From Welwitschia mirabilis (taxonomy: Eukaryota): a stretch of 64,000 nt of DNA. Under the pieces are notes generated by a model, which was not told the origin of the DNA, did no database searches, and saw nothing but the letters and a program-made list of their open reading frames with translations. The position numbers and the translations under genes were made by a program. The DNA is taken from NCBI GenBank assembly GCA_051453625.1, contig JBOZIK010000001.1, positions 7,870,413-7,934,412 of the forward strand, in the 5' to 3' direction. Of the stretch, positions 52,170 to 64,000 are shown piece by piece (the stretch's first letter is position 1; each line of letters starts with the position of its first letter).

Positions 52170-55100
52170 ATTCTATTGCATTTCTATGCTTTTCTAATAG
52201 ATCATTAAAAGAGTAATCAAAAGGATTAAAATTAAGTTGATAAGAATAACTATTCAATTTAATAAGATAAGAATCAAGATCATGAATTTCATAAACAAAA
52301 TTGGGCTTATTATTTTTTGAAAGTTTCATAGTATTAAAAATATTCAGATCCATAGTTAAGTTATCAAAAAAGATTTTTATGCTATCATTTCGATAATTAA
52401 TATGGCCATTAGATGTTTTTAGAAATGGTCTACCTAATATGATAAGAACTAAATTATCTCTAGTTGTATTCATTTCTAAGGAAATTAAATCAACTAAAAA
52501 GTAGTAATTGCCAATTCACATAATTACATCTTTAACAATTCCTAATGTTGATATTAGCTACTAACTACAATTAGGTTTTAGTTTTTTTTAAGGTCATTAA
52601 GGCCAAGTTTCTTATAAATTAAGTGGGGTAAAACATTCATGCATGCTCCTAAATCNNNNNNNNNNNNNNNNNNNNNNNNNNNNNNNNNNNNNNNNNNNNN
52701 NNNNNNNNNNNNNNNNNNNNNNNNNNNNNNNNNNNNNNNNNNNNNNNNNNNNNNNGATGTTTTTAGAAATGGTCTACCTAATATGATAGGAACTAAATTA
52801 TCTCTAGTTGTATTTATTTCTAAGGAAATGAAATCAACTGAAAAGTAGCAGTTTTCAATCCACATAATTACATCTTTAATAACTCCTAATGTTGATTTTA
52901 AAGAATTATCTACTAACTACAATTGGATTTTAGTTTTTTTAAGGTCATTAAGGTCAAGTTCCTTATAAATTAAGTGGGGTAAAACATGCATGCATGCTCC
53001 TAAATCTAATAAGTCTTTCCTAAGATGTTTATCTTTAATTGTGATAGCAATAGTAGAACAACTAGAATCTTTTTGTTTGGGAGGCATATAGTCTGGAATG
53101 ATTATACTTATTTGTTGAACTAAGGTAGCCTTTTTTTTAACATGCATTTTTATCTTAATCATACACATATTATTTAGAAATTTTTCATATGAGGGGATTT
53201 ATCTAATTATGTCTAATAGTATCATGTTGATTTACCTCTTTGAAAACCTCCAAAGATTCTAGTTATTTCATTTTTAATGTTTTTCTTCCTAAGTTACTAT
53301 GGAAAAGGTAGAGGTTTTAAATAATAAGGTAAGACGTTTTTTAATGTTTTATCCTTATTATTGTTTACTTTGGATGTTGATTCTTTTTTAATAATTTTTT
53401 GCTCTATTTTTTTAATTCAGCTCTTTGTTGCTCCTAAGGTGAATGGCTTTCATCTCTTTGATATGGTTGTTCTCTAATTCTTTAGTGAATCTAACTTCTT
53501 TAGGATTTGATTGTGAACTCATAGGAAGTTTACTAGTTCNNNNNNNNNNNNNNNNNNNNNNNNNNNNNNNNNNNNNNNNNNNNNNNNNNNNNNNNNNNNN
53601 NNNNNNNNNNNNNNNNNNNNNNNNNNNNNNNNNNNNNNNTTTTTCACTTAATCATTCATGTATCTTTCAAGAATTTTACATAAGAGGGAATTTTTCTAAT
53701 TACATCTAATAGTAGTATGTTGGTTTTAACCTCTTTGAAGATCTCTAAAGCTTCTAATTATTACATTTTAATGTTTTTCTTCCTAAGTTATTATGGGAAA
53801 GGTAGAGGTTCTAAATAATAAGTTAAGAATTTTTTTAATGTTTTATCTTTATTATTGTTTACTTTGGATGTTGATTTTTTTTAAATAATGTTTTACTCTA
53901 TTTTTCTAATTCAGCTCTTTCTTGCTCCTAAGGTGAATGGCTCTCATCTCTTTGGTATTATTAGTTTCTAATTCTTTAGTGAATCTAACCTCTTTAGGAT
54001 TTGATTGTGACTCATAGGGAGTTTACTAATTCTCTTTGATTTTAGAGAAGATAAAATTTATTAAAGCTATAAGTGTTTATTTGGATAGTTTTCTCAATAT
54101 TTCTTAAGATAGATAAATATTACTTAAGAGTTCTTTTATGGTTATGGTTGATTGGTATTTGATCTTGGTTAATCTGAGCTTAGATATCCATGAATGGTTT
54201 TAAAGATTTCTCTAATAGAGTGGGTGATGAATACTATTCATAAGTCAATGATGAAGAGAATATAATTCTTCATTGAGTAGGATGATTTTCATTATGGAAA
54301 TTATTATTTTCAAAAGCCATTAGGATGGTTCTTCCATTTGAGGTTGTAAGTGTTTAAGTAAGGATCATTTTTACTATTCTACCACTAGCATTCTATGGCA
54401 TTTACTTATTCATTAATAGTGTTTTGAAAGATGGGTATCAAAGGATATTCAAGTATTTCATGAGAGTTTAATTGACAGATCAAGAATTTGGGTGTCAAGG
54501 TTGGTGGTTTGGATGGAGTGGAAAAAATTTCCACATTTTTGATAATTAATCAAATTAGTTTTTGATGTCAAAGTCTTTTGGCACTTAGAAAACACTGGTG
54601 GATCTAATAAATGGCTAAGATCTAGATTGTTCAATTAGTTTCTCATGGTTTGTAGAGCTTTCAGCTATTATTTTAAGGTAATCACATACTTCATCTAGTA
54701 ATAAATCAAAGAAACTATATTTTCTCATAATCTTGACTAATTATCTATGATTGGTAGATGGTCCATTGTAAAATAATCTAATCTCTTTACCTGGCTTGAC
54801 TCTACGTTGTAGCCATTTTTGAAGTAAGTCTTCAAATCTCTCTAATACTTAGGAAAAGGTTTATTATTCTTTTATTTGTAATTCATTATCTCTCATCTTA
54901 GGGCATTTATCTCATGATTTGAGAAAAAATTTATTAATGAAAGCTTCATTTAAATTAGCCCATGTTTTAATCAAAAGGGGTTATAGGGTCTAGAACTAAG
55001 ACTTATATTTTTTCTTTAACGAGAATTACAAAAGAATGAGTCTCATGATATCAAAGGTATTTAGGTATTGCAATAGGGTAGATATCATACATTAAAATTC

Positions 55101-55260
55101 TTTAATGTATTAGATAAGGTTCTTTAGATTCTAAGCCATGAAAGTGAGGCAATAGTTGGATTGTAAATGGTTTAAATTTAAACCTATTAGATATTGATGA
55201 TTGGACTATGCATGAGAATATTCCTAAACATTATGGTTGTAAATAATCATGAAGAGTTTA
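52170..55260 (-). pseudogene. Athila-like Ty3/gypsy gag-protease remnant, no RT seen downstream
   Basis: gag IQLLPHFHGLESKEP (~55120-55162). Protease PPKQKDSSCSTIAITI...LLDLGACMHVLPHLIYKEL and VDFISLE...VPIILGRPFLKTSNGHINYRN...MDLNIFN are characteristic Athila motifs. Confidence 0.88.
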
Positions 55261-55561
55261 TTTAAAGAGGTTATTATAGTATTGAATTTGTGATTTATTC
55301 TAAGCAATAATTCTATCCATTTATTAACTAAGTTGATAGGCATGTAGATTATCTATAACTTTTGATTTGATCATGGCATATTATTAGGGCATTCATAGTC
55401 AGATTAGGCATTTTGATTTTTTTTTGTTGGAAAGAGAATGGTTGTTATTCTTAGTGGTTATTAGGAGGTTCATTTTTAGATGGGATTATTTTATTTTCAT
55501 TTCCTTTAAGATTAATGTCTATATTATTGAATGGATTTTTACTATTAGAAATATAGGCTTT

Positions 55562-55856
55562 TAAAGAATTTATTTTAATGAACACTTTAAGTATAATCCT
55601 TTCAAGGCATTTATTTTAATAAATGCCTTAAATAAAATATAATAAAACCTTTTTAAAAAAGGCGTGTTTTTATACAAATGCCTTAAAAGCCTTTTATAAT
55701 TGTCTTTAAGGCATTTATAAAAAGAATGCCTTAATAATAAAGTGTGTATTTTAATAAATACCTTAAATAAAATCCTCTTTGAGGTATTTATTAAAATAAA
55801 CACCTTACATAAGACATAAAAAACCTTTTAAAGGTGTTTTTTATAAAAACACGCTT
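55562..55856. repeat. Cluster of ~26-bp hairpin-forming repeats upstream of Athila gag
   Basis: AAGGCATTTATTTTAATAAATGCCTT, AAGGCGTGTTTTTATACAAATGCCTT, AAGGCATTTATAAAAAGAATGCCTT, GAGGTATTTATTAAAATAAACACCTT, AAGGTGTTTTTTATAAAAACACGCTT. Confidence 0.8.
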
Positions 55857-57884
55857 CTCCGAGTAGGCTTGAGGGTTTACATACAACACTTCTAGTTTGG
55901 ATGTCTAAGTGAGGCATTCAGAAGTTTCAACTAAATTTTTCACTCTTAGACTAATGTCTAATGGAAATCCTGATAGGTTTTTGTTTAGAGCTTTAGTTTT
56001 ATTAATAGAAAATATGCTTTAGTTCCATGTTAAGATTTAATACAAGTTATTTATTATTATTTCAATTTTCTCTTCCCATAGATAAGGCCACTTGACCCCT
56101 TTCATAATGCTCACATAGCTTAACTTTAAGGAGGTTTAGATGAAGTAAGGGACATCTATAGTTTTGCATTTTACAGGTTCATTGGGATGGAGGTAAAATA
56201 ATGAAATATTTTATGTAAAGAAATACAAGAAGAATAAAAAACATCTTTCAATGCATGGTTTTTAAGGCCATTATCATCTTCAAGGAGGCCATTTAATGAT
56301 TGGAGAAAACTGGTTATTGTTTTGAGGAAGTTCTTCAATGTTTTGAGAAAAAATGCATGACATTATGAAGAGACTATTCAATGATTTGGGGAAGAATGCT
56401 AAAAATTTTAAGGAGACTACTTGATGATTTTTATCTCTCATTCAAATTAAAAACTAATTTTAGCTATGAAGATATCTATTAGAATTTTGTTTCTGATTCT
56501 TTTATATCTGAAACTCCATTCATTATTAAGGGTCTCTCTTACTTGCTTGTTTTCTTGTGTGTTTTCTTTTCAATGTTCTTATGTAGATGAAAAACGTAGA
56601 GGTACCTCAATAGAAAATTATTAAGGTTGGCTTTTAATGCTAATTTTCATCATTTCAATGTGGATGAAAATTACAGTTCATCTTTTTCATCTAGAATGTC
56701 TAGTTTTAATCCATGATCTTCACATTTCCAGTTGGTCTAATACTACTTTGATTCATAGCTACTAAAAAAAAGAGAGATAAAAATTTAGCTTACATAAGAA
56801 AAATGACATTCAAAGATGCACATAAGCATCTCTAAATAAATAGGACATCTCCTTACCTATATAGGCCTTTAATATTTCAATGCCTTTTATATTTATAATT
56901 ACTAAAGTATATAATTCATGTATTAACCAACGTTCTCAATCATTTATTTAGTTTAAAGACTAGATAGTATCAAAAATACACTAAAATCTCAATTTTTTTC
57001 TATCTTTAGAGCTATAATTGATTTTATCATTGTTTTCTATGGTGCTTTATGAAAATGGGATCTAGATTCAATAAGTCTAGTTCTCATGAATAATAAAATT
57101 CCAATGCAAAAAGAGAGGATATTAGAAAGGTCAAGGGGAAAAAAATACAATCAAAGATAGAGGGATAAAGAAATACTAAATATATAGAGATCATAGAAAG
57201 AGTACCAAAAGGGTAATACAAAAAAGTAACTAAAATGGATTCAAGAAGGAGATGTAAAAGAATTAAATAAAAGACCAAAGGTTCGCTATAGAAGAGAAAC
57301 AATAGTCCATGCAAGAAGAAGAGAGGATTTAAAAAATAGATTGTAGTAAGACTATAATTGTTAAAAAGATACAATACAACTAAAAGAAGAATAACAATAA
57401 TAAATGCCAAATTATTCAATGCATTTTCTAAGGCTTCTAGCGCAACTACTGATAATGATTTTACTATAGTTTGCAATATATTAAAACATAAATGCATACA
57501 AATGCCATTCCTTTCTCTTCTTTTCTTAAGACATTATTTATTCATGGTCCTAATTTTTGTTTTATTGAGATAAAATTCTTTTAGTATCTTTTAATCACAG
57601 AATAGCAATGGCCTCTAGGATTTTCTACATTAGTCTTTTTAGATAATTTTCTAATTCTTTTTATCACTATTATGGGCTAAACCCATATTAGCACCAATAG
57701 ATCACTTCATGATTTTCTCTTGAATAGTGACTATGATTAAGTTTGCTATTTAATTTTGATAATTAATGGAATTTTATATTTTATTTATCAAATAAAAAAT
57801 TTTTATAATTTAAAGTATGAGATACTTGAGTGTATACTAATAACCAAGTCTTGATCCTATAAGAGTATAAGGCAACTTGAAGGT

Positions 57885-59074
57885 TGTTGTGGTACATATT
57901 TGTGAAAATGTTACATACTTAAATAAGTCCTATCACCAAAAATATATATTTCATAATACAACACACTAATATAGATGGGAGTAACTCAAATGTTGTCATT
58001 ACATCAAAGGCATAGATGAGAAGAAAGAGAATTTATTTGAAAGAAAATACTTATATAATCTCTAAGTAGAATAATAACAATGCAAATAAATACAGTATGC
58101 AAATGAGATCCAAGACTAGTCTCAATGCAACATCTATTCGATTACCAAATTAACTTGTCATGGAGATCAGTCCTTTATAATCTAGATCAATCAAGAAAAG
58201 TTGTTACTAGACTAAGATCAACCTAAGCTATTATGTGCATCAGACAGCATATGAAAACAATGTAAAGTTAATCTAAGAAATGAAATGCAATGCACCTAAA
58301 GTAATAATTTCAACCTTAAAGAAGGTTTTTCTTATGATCTATATTATAAATAAATCTATCACAGAATAAAAAGTAACATAGACCATAAGGGATATGCTAC
58401 ATAACAAATAATGTGAAAATAAAAATAGAGTTTTATTAAGTTAAATCAACATTTATATTACAAGGCAGCAATACCTTAATGAAGCATACACATTTCAACA
58501 TAAATGAAGACATTTCTCTATAACAACAAAGGATGGTTCTCCTACTCATAAATCTCCAATCATAATAATTTTTAGTGTTAAAGAGCATAAAGTTGAAGTT
58601 AAGGACGAAGGAGGTATTTATGACAAATAATAACTCTAAAAATAGTAAACACTAATACATGTAATAAAACCTTAACAATAGTGAAAGAAAACGCAAGACA
58701 CATGGAAAAAATTTAATGAAGTTTAGTAAAGCATATATTTAGGTGTAATTTTATTAATCATCCAAACATCACAGGGGATGATGCCATATCATATAGAATC
58801 CACATCAACTCCTAGATTAGTCTAGTAAGTGTCCTAATCAACATAAGTACTTCTATAATTTGTATAGTCATCTAGATGATAAGGTGGATGATAGGCTTNN
58901 NNNNNNNNAGTATTGTATTTTTCATAAAATGTTGTCAAATGTAATAAATATTACATGTTTTTGTGATATTTGTGTTAGCTCTCCATTATCGTCAAAACTT
59001 AGCATAAACATATTTATTGTCCTCTAAAACTACTTAAAAACCTTATCAAATACATATAATTTAGTAGCACAACA
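57885..59074 (-). repeat. Complete ~1190 bp 3' LTR with adjacent PPT and 3' internal sequence (to ~59900); probably Athila-like
   Basis: Inverted termini TGTTGTGGTAC...GTAGCACAACA (10/11 match). The minus strand has AAGTGGGGGGCTA immediately before the LTR. Minus-strand TATA-like CATAAATACC at ~58613-58622. Confidence 0.82.
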
Positions 59075-59902
59075 TAGCCCCCCACTTAGCCTTATTAGTC
59101 CTTAACAAAAAACTAGGTAAACAACCATGATTGTAAGCCAAATTGACTAAATATGAATCAACTAAAAACTATGAAACAAACTTAGAAATAATCTTAGAAA
59201 TATTAGAATGTAGAACAAAAATGTTAAAAATAGATAATTGAACATTTTACCTATGCAAAATAAGTGGTCATACTATTGCCACGGTGGTAGTACAGATAAT
59301 GGAGGAGACAACAGGCTCAAAAATTATTCTTGAAAAATAGAAGCTTTGAAAAATTTTTTAGAAAGATAAACATCAAAATTTAATAATATTAATAACCCCC
59401 TCATTCAAATGTATAGCATATTATAAAAGATAATCATGTATAACATAAAAATTCATTGTCATGTAATGTCTCAATAATATGATGTGCAGTAATATCTTAA
59501 AAATAAAAGATGGACATAATGATAATGCTCAAAAAATTATGTCTATATATAGAACCATGAATTTTCATACAATCCATGGAGGAAAGATATGCAATACAAT
59601 GAATCACTCCCCTCATTATGCCAAAATGAATTCTTGATGTACAGTAGGCTAAAATGTAGGTGAATAAGGTAGAGGGTGATCAGGATCTATAGGAAAACAA
59701 TGATTAAGGGTTGTTGTGACATCTTCCTATACTCTAACTACCTTTGGAATGTCCACTTTTATATCATGCTTAATGCATAATATGCACTAACATACATTAA
59801 TTAATTACTCCTTCATATGCTAAACTCTCCTCTTTACTGTAGATATCCTCTTCTCTCTCATGATGAAGCCTTAGTTTACAACCTCTCTAATGCCCTATTA
59901 CA

Positions 59903-60420
59903 GTGTGTATTTATGAAAAATTATGTTCTGAGTAGAATCTTATTAATTAAAAATATAATACACAGATACAACACACTATTATAGATGATAGTGACCCAAA
60001 TGTCATAATTCTTCAAAGACCAAAGTAGGAAATAAGAGAGTTTCTTTCCACAAAGAAATGCTTGCACACTAATCTATAGAAATAACTTTCAATGCATTAA
60101 AGTAAAAATGCAAGATAGTTGTGCAAAGCTAATCTAGAAAAAAAGAAATAACAATGCATCTAATCTAAACTAACCATGCACAACCTTGACAAAGGTTAAT
60201 CTTGTAACCTATATCACTAAAGAAACTGTCACTGGATGAGAAGCAACATAAGCTATGAGGGTGAGAAACAAACATGCATGAAAATTATATAAAGAAATGT
60301 TTTATATTAGATTGCAAACCACATTCGTATTATAAAGTAGCCACATATTAATGGAAGAAACACTACCCAACACCAATGAAAATTATGTAAACTTTCATAT
60401 TTATCTCTAATATGGAATCA
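59903..60420 (-). repeat. Truncated LTR fragment of the same TGTTGT-terminus family
   Basis: CAACACTATTATAGATGATAGTGACCCAAATGTCATAAT aligns with ~57960-58000 and ~15380-15420. Confidence 0.55.
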
Positions 60421-61049
60421 GAGTACTCTTCCGCAAACTCCATCATGGGATTAGAGCATTCTTGTGATTTTTTCTATTCTACATGAAAATTTTAACATTT
60501 AGATTATTAAGTTTGTGTAACTAATTCTTTATTTGTAAATGGTATTTCCTAGTTTTTAAAAATTTTAACTGTCTTTTATAAAGTATCCCAAGCTTCTCAT
60601 ATCTCTTTAGATGCAAAATTATTACCACTTATTATTTTTTTGAGTTGTATACTTTAGGTAGTTAATCTTTTATAGAAAAAGTTTAATAATCTTAAAGCTG
60701 TAAGCCCATGTTTGGGGATTTTTAAAGCACTTAAATAAATTATGAATAGATTCAACACTTCATGCTTGAAATATTTTCATGATCCAATTGAGTAATGTTT
60801 AAATAATGTAGCTACACTCTGTCCAAGAAAAAATAAAAAGAGTTCATACTAGTTACATCACCTTAATCATATATAGTTTAAATTATAGATTTAATATCTC
60901 TTAAGTGTTTTGTTAATATGTACAAATTAACATTTATATCAAGCGTTTTAGGTTAATTTATTATAAATAACAATATTAATATAATTATTTTAATCATAAA
61001 ATATGTATTCTATTATTTTTAAAAATAAAATTTAATATTACATTTTTCT

Positions 61050-64000
61050 GCATGATAATGATAGATATTTCTCCCTCTTTTGAAACACATGACAAAAGAT
61101 GAATACAATTCTACACAAAACAATAGTGGCAATGGATACATGATGTGGTGACACTTAGTAGTACCATTGGAAGACATATGGCATAGGTATGTGGAGGTGA
61201 CACTAGAGACATGTGGAAATAGCACTAGTTGGTAGAGGATTGAGCTAGTCTTTAGGATTACTTAAGGAGATCTTCTTGCTTTCTTCTTTTTCTGTTGTAA
61301 AGTTGTTCTCATTTTGTAATAAAAAAAGTTATTTTCTTTGATTTTAATTCATGAGTAATATTGTAATTAGAATGCTTAGGCCATTTTAATTATCAGGTTT
61401 ACTTTAGTTGAGTAAATTCCTTTCATTAATTTATCTAATTCTTCTAATTTTACAGATCTTAAGTACTTTATATTCCTTACTTTCTATTGTTATTTTAAGG
61501 CTGACATATTAATTGAATTCACCATTTATCAAATGATTGATGAGATTATGCCTTATGATTTGAACCATATGCACTTGATGATTTGAATTGTTTTATAGGA
61601 AAGACAATTATATAACATTATATTGAAGAATTACTTAAGGATAAATCAATAATACCTTGGAGCTAGTTTTCTCCCCTTATCTTCCAAGACAAAGATCAAC
61701 TCTAAAATTAATTAAATCTCTTCTTTTATTTTTCTTTAAATCTGTAACGTACATCAAAAGATAAAGTTAGTGTAAATTTAAACCTATACCCAATGTTATC
61801 CCTGAGAAAGAATGATAGCTAAGTAAAAACCTAACTTTAAATCTAGTCATTATATTATAGTAATTAAATTTTGACATTATCACTCAGGATAACAGCATGG
61901 TAGTAGTTTATAGGACTACTAGTTTTTATTTTTGCAAGTTTTACATGGTTTTTATTTCTATAATGGTGGCTACTAGTTCTTTTTTTCTAGTAACACCTAA
62001 ACTAGTCACTTTTCTTTTGATTTATGTATNNNNNNNNNNNNNNNNNNNNNNNNNNNNNNNNNNNNNNNNNNNNNNNNNNNNNNNNNNNNNNNNNNNNNNN
62101 NNNNNNNNNNNNNNNNNNNNNNNNNNNNNATGCAAGTCTAATGTTTAATTTATAGTTTTCTTTTATAATTAAAAACCTAAAAACGTTTAAAACTTTGAAT
62201 CAACTTTGTATTTCATTATGTGCTTTCTTTTTTCTACTATATTTTGGTACATTTTACTATTTCTATTTTTTTGATTTCACTATGTGTTTCAAAATCTTAA
62301 GAATCAAAAAATATTTATCATGATTTCAATAATGTTAAGCTTAATTTTATTCACATTTTTAATTTCAATTTTATTTCACTGTGACCCCAATACTACATTT
62401 GTTCTGCATGAACTCTACAAATTACTTCATGGAAACTAAACCTAATACTCAAAAATTTACTGATGCTGCTACCCATTATGCCTTAAATATAGTAATATTT
62501 TCACCTAACCTTTTGTGTAACCCATGAAATTCATGTAACTTCTAAGATCTAAAAATTTCCCTCTTATTCTTATCTAAAACCTTCTGATCTTATTCTTGCA
62601 TGATCTAAACCCCTGATAAAACTAAAAGATTAATTCAAGATAACATGGACTCTTACACAGACTATGAAANNNNNNNNNNNNNNNNNNNNNNNNNNNNNNN
62701 NNNNNNNNNNNNNNNNNNNNNNNNNNNNNNNNNNNNNNNNNNNNNNNNNNNNNNNNNNNNNNNNNNNNNAATCTATACCTAATGTTATCCTTGAGAAAGA
62801 ATGATAGCTAAGTAAAAACCTGACTTTAAATCCAGTCATTATATTATAGAAATCAAATTTTAACATTATCACTTAGGATAATAGTATGATAGTAGCTTAT
62901 AGGAGCACTAGTTTTTATTTTTGCAAGTTTTACATAGTTTTTATTTCTCTAATGGTGGATACTAGTTCTTTTTTTCTAGTAAAACCTAAGCTAGTCCTTT
63001 TTCTTTTGATTTATGTATTTCTTTTCTTTCTAGTAGTTGGTACTAATCCTTTTAGTGTTATTTAACTAGTCAAGTTAGTTTCTAAAGTTTGTTTTTGATT
63101 GTTTTCTAACTTATTTTGTGCAATTCTAATGTTTAATTTGTAGTTTTCTTTTAGAATTAAAAACCTAAAAACCTTTAAAACTTTGAATCAAATTTGTGTT
63201 CCATTATGTGCTTTCCTTTTTCTACTATGTTTTAGTACATTTTACTATTTCTATTTTTGTGATTTTACTATGTGTTTGAAAACCTTAATAATCTAAAAAT
63301 ATTTATCATGATTTCAATAATTTTAAGTTCAATCTTATTCACATTTTTAATTTCAATTTTATTTCACTGTCACCCCAATACTACATCCGTTCTACATGAA
63401 CTCTGTAAATCACTTCATGAAAAGTAAATATAATACTCAAAAATTTACTGATGCTACTACCCATTATGCCTCGAATATAGTAAGATTTTCTTCTAACCTT
63501 TTGTGTAATCCATGAAATTCATGTAACTTCCAAGATCTAAAATTTCCCTCGATTTCTTATCTAAAACCTTCTAATCTTATTCTTGCATGATCTAGACACC
63601 TGACAAAACTAAAAGATTAATTCAAAATAACATGGACTCTTACACAGACTATGAAAGAATGTAAGAAATTATAAATAAAGCTCATGATAATTCTTAAAGA
63701 GATTAAACTTTGACCCCCCAAAAGAATCAAATTAATTAAGAAATTGTCTCATCATAATGACTACAATAAAACTTTAATGATCCACTTAATCTTTAAGATT
63801 CCTTCAATGGATTTTTGTCTAACTAATAAATGCTCAATAAATTAATAGCCTATTATTTCATTGAAGAAGTGGTCAAGTGACAAGCTACCCTCACTGCTAC
63901 TGCTAACCAATCTAGGAAAACCATGCATGATTACCTCCAATCATAAAGCTTAGGAAAATCCTCTTGCATATTTTCACCATCCATTAATCATGGGCTATAA
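61050..64000 (+). mobile_element. Probable Athila-like element: LTR end (~61894), leader and gag start, running off the window
   Basis: U5-like end ...GTTATCCCTGAG...TATATTATAG...GGATAACA, a T-rich leader, and RKTMHDYLQS at ~63915-63942 resembling the Athila gag start RTLRDYLQP. Confidence 0.5.

Noticed and set aside
413-62872. Long ORFs in the supplied track made mostly of X
   Set aside because: They are artefacts of translating N gaps.

Overview
Very AT-rich, CpG-depleted, gappy plant nuclear DNA with no intact host gene. Bases 1-3.4k are a decayed, scrambled plastid insertion (rps14, rpoC2, petB, probable ycf1, trnR-CCG). trnR-CCG points to a non-angiosperm land plant. The low GC and non-CpG deamination would fit a gnetophyte such as Welwitschia, which is inference only. 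The rest is nested, decayed LTR retrotransposons. Chromodomain Ty3/gypsy element A (minus strand, 7091 to ~33.9k) has a same-family element B (plus strand, 10211-23240) inserted into its RT with a 5-bp TSD. A Ty1/copia element (37.1-43.3k) and Athila-like elements and LTRs (52-64k) follow. The most notable observation is the ~4 kb region between PBS and gag in both chromovirus copies. It carries a degenerate ~21-bp CGACGTCG-core tandem array, a TATA box facing away from gag, and an antisense, probably spliced, accessory ORF whose A-vs-B differences are mostly synonymous. Most N gaps are flanked by ~90-93% identical duplicates, so two diverged copies of the region appear interleaved in the assembly, and they differ by TE insertions. 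All alignments were made by eye and many boundaries are approximate.
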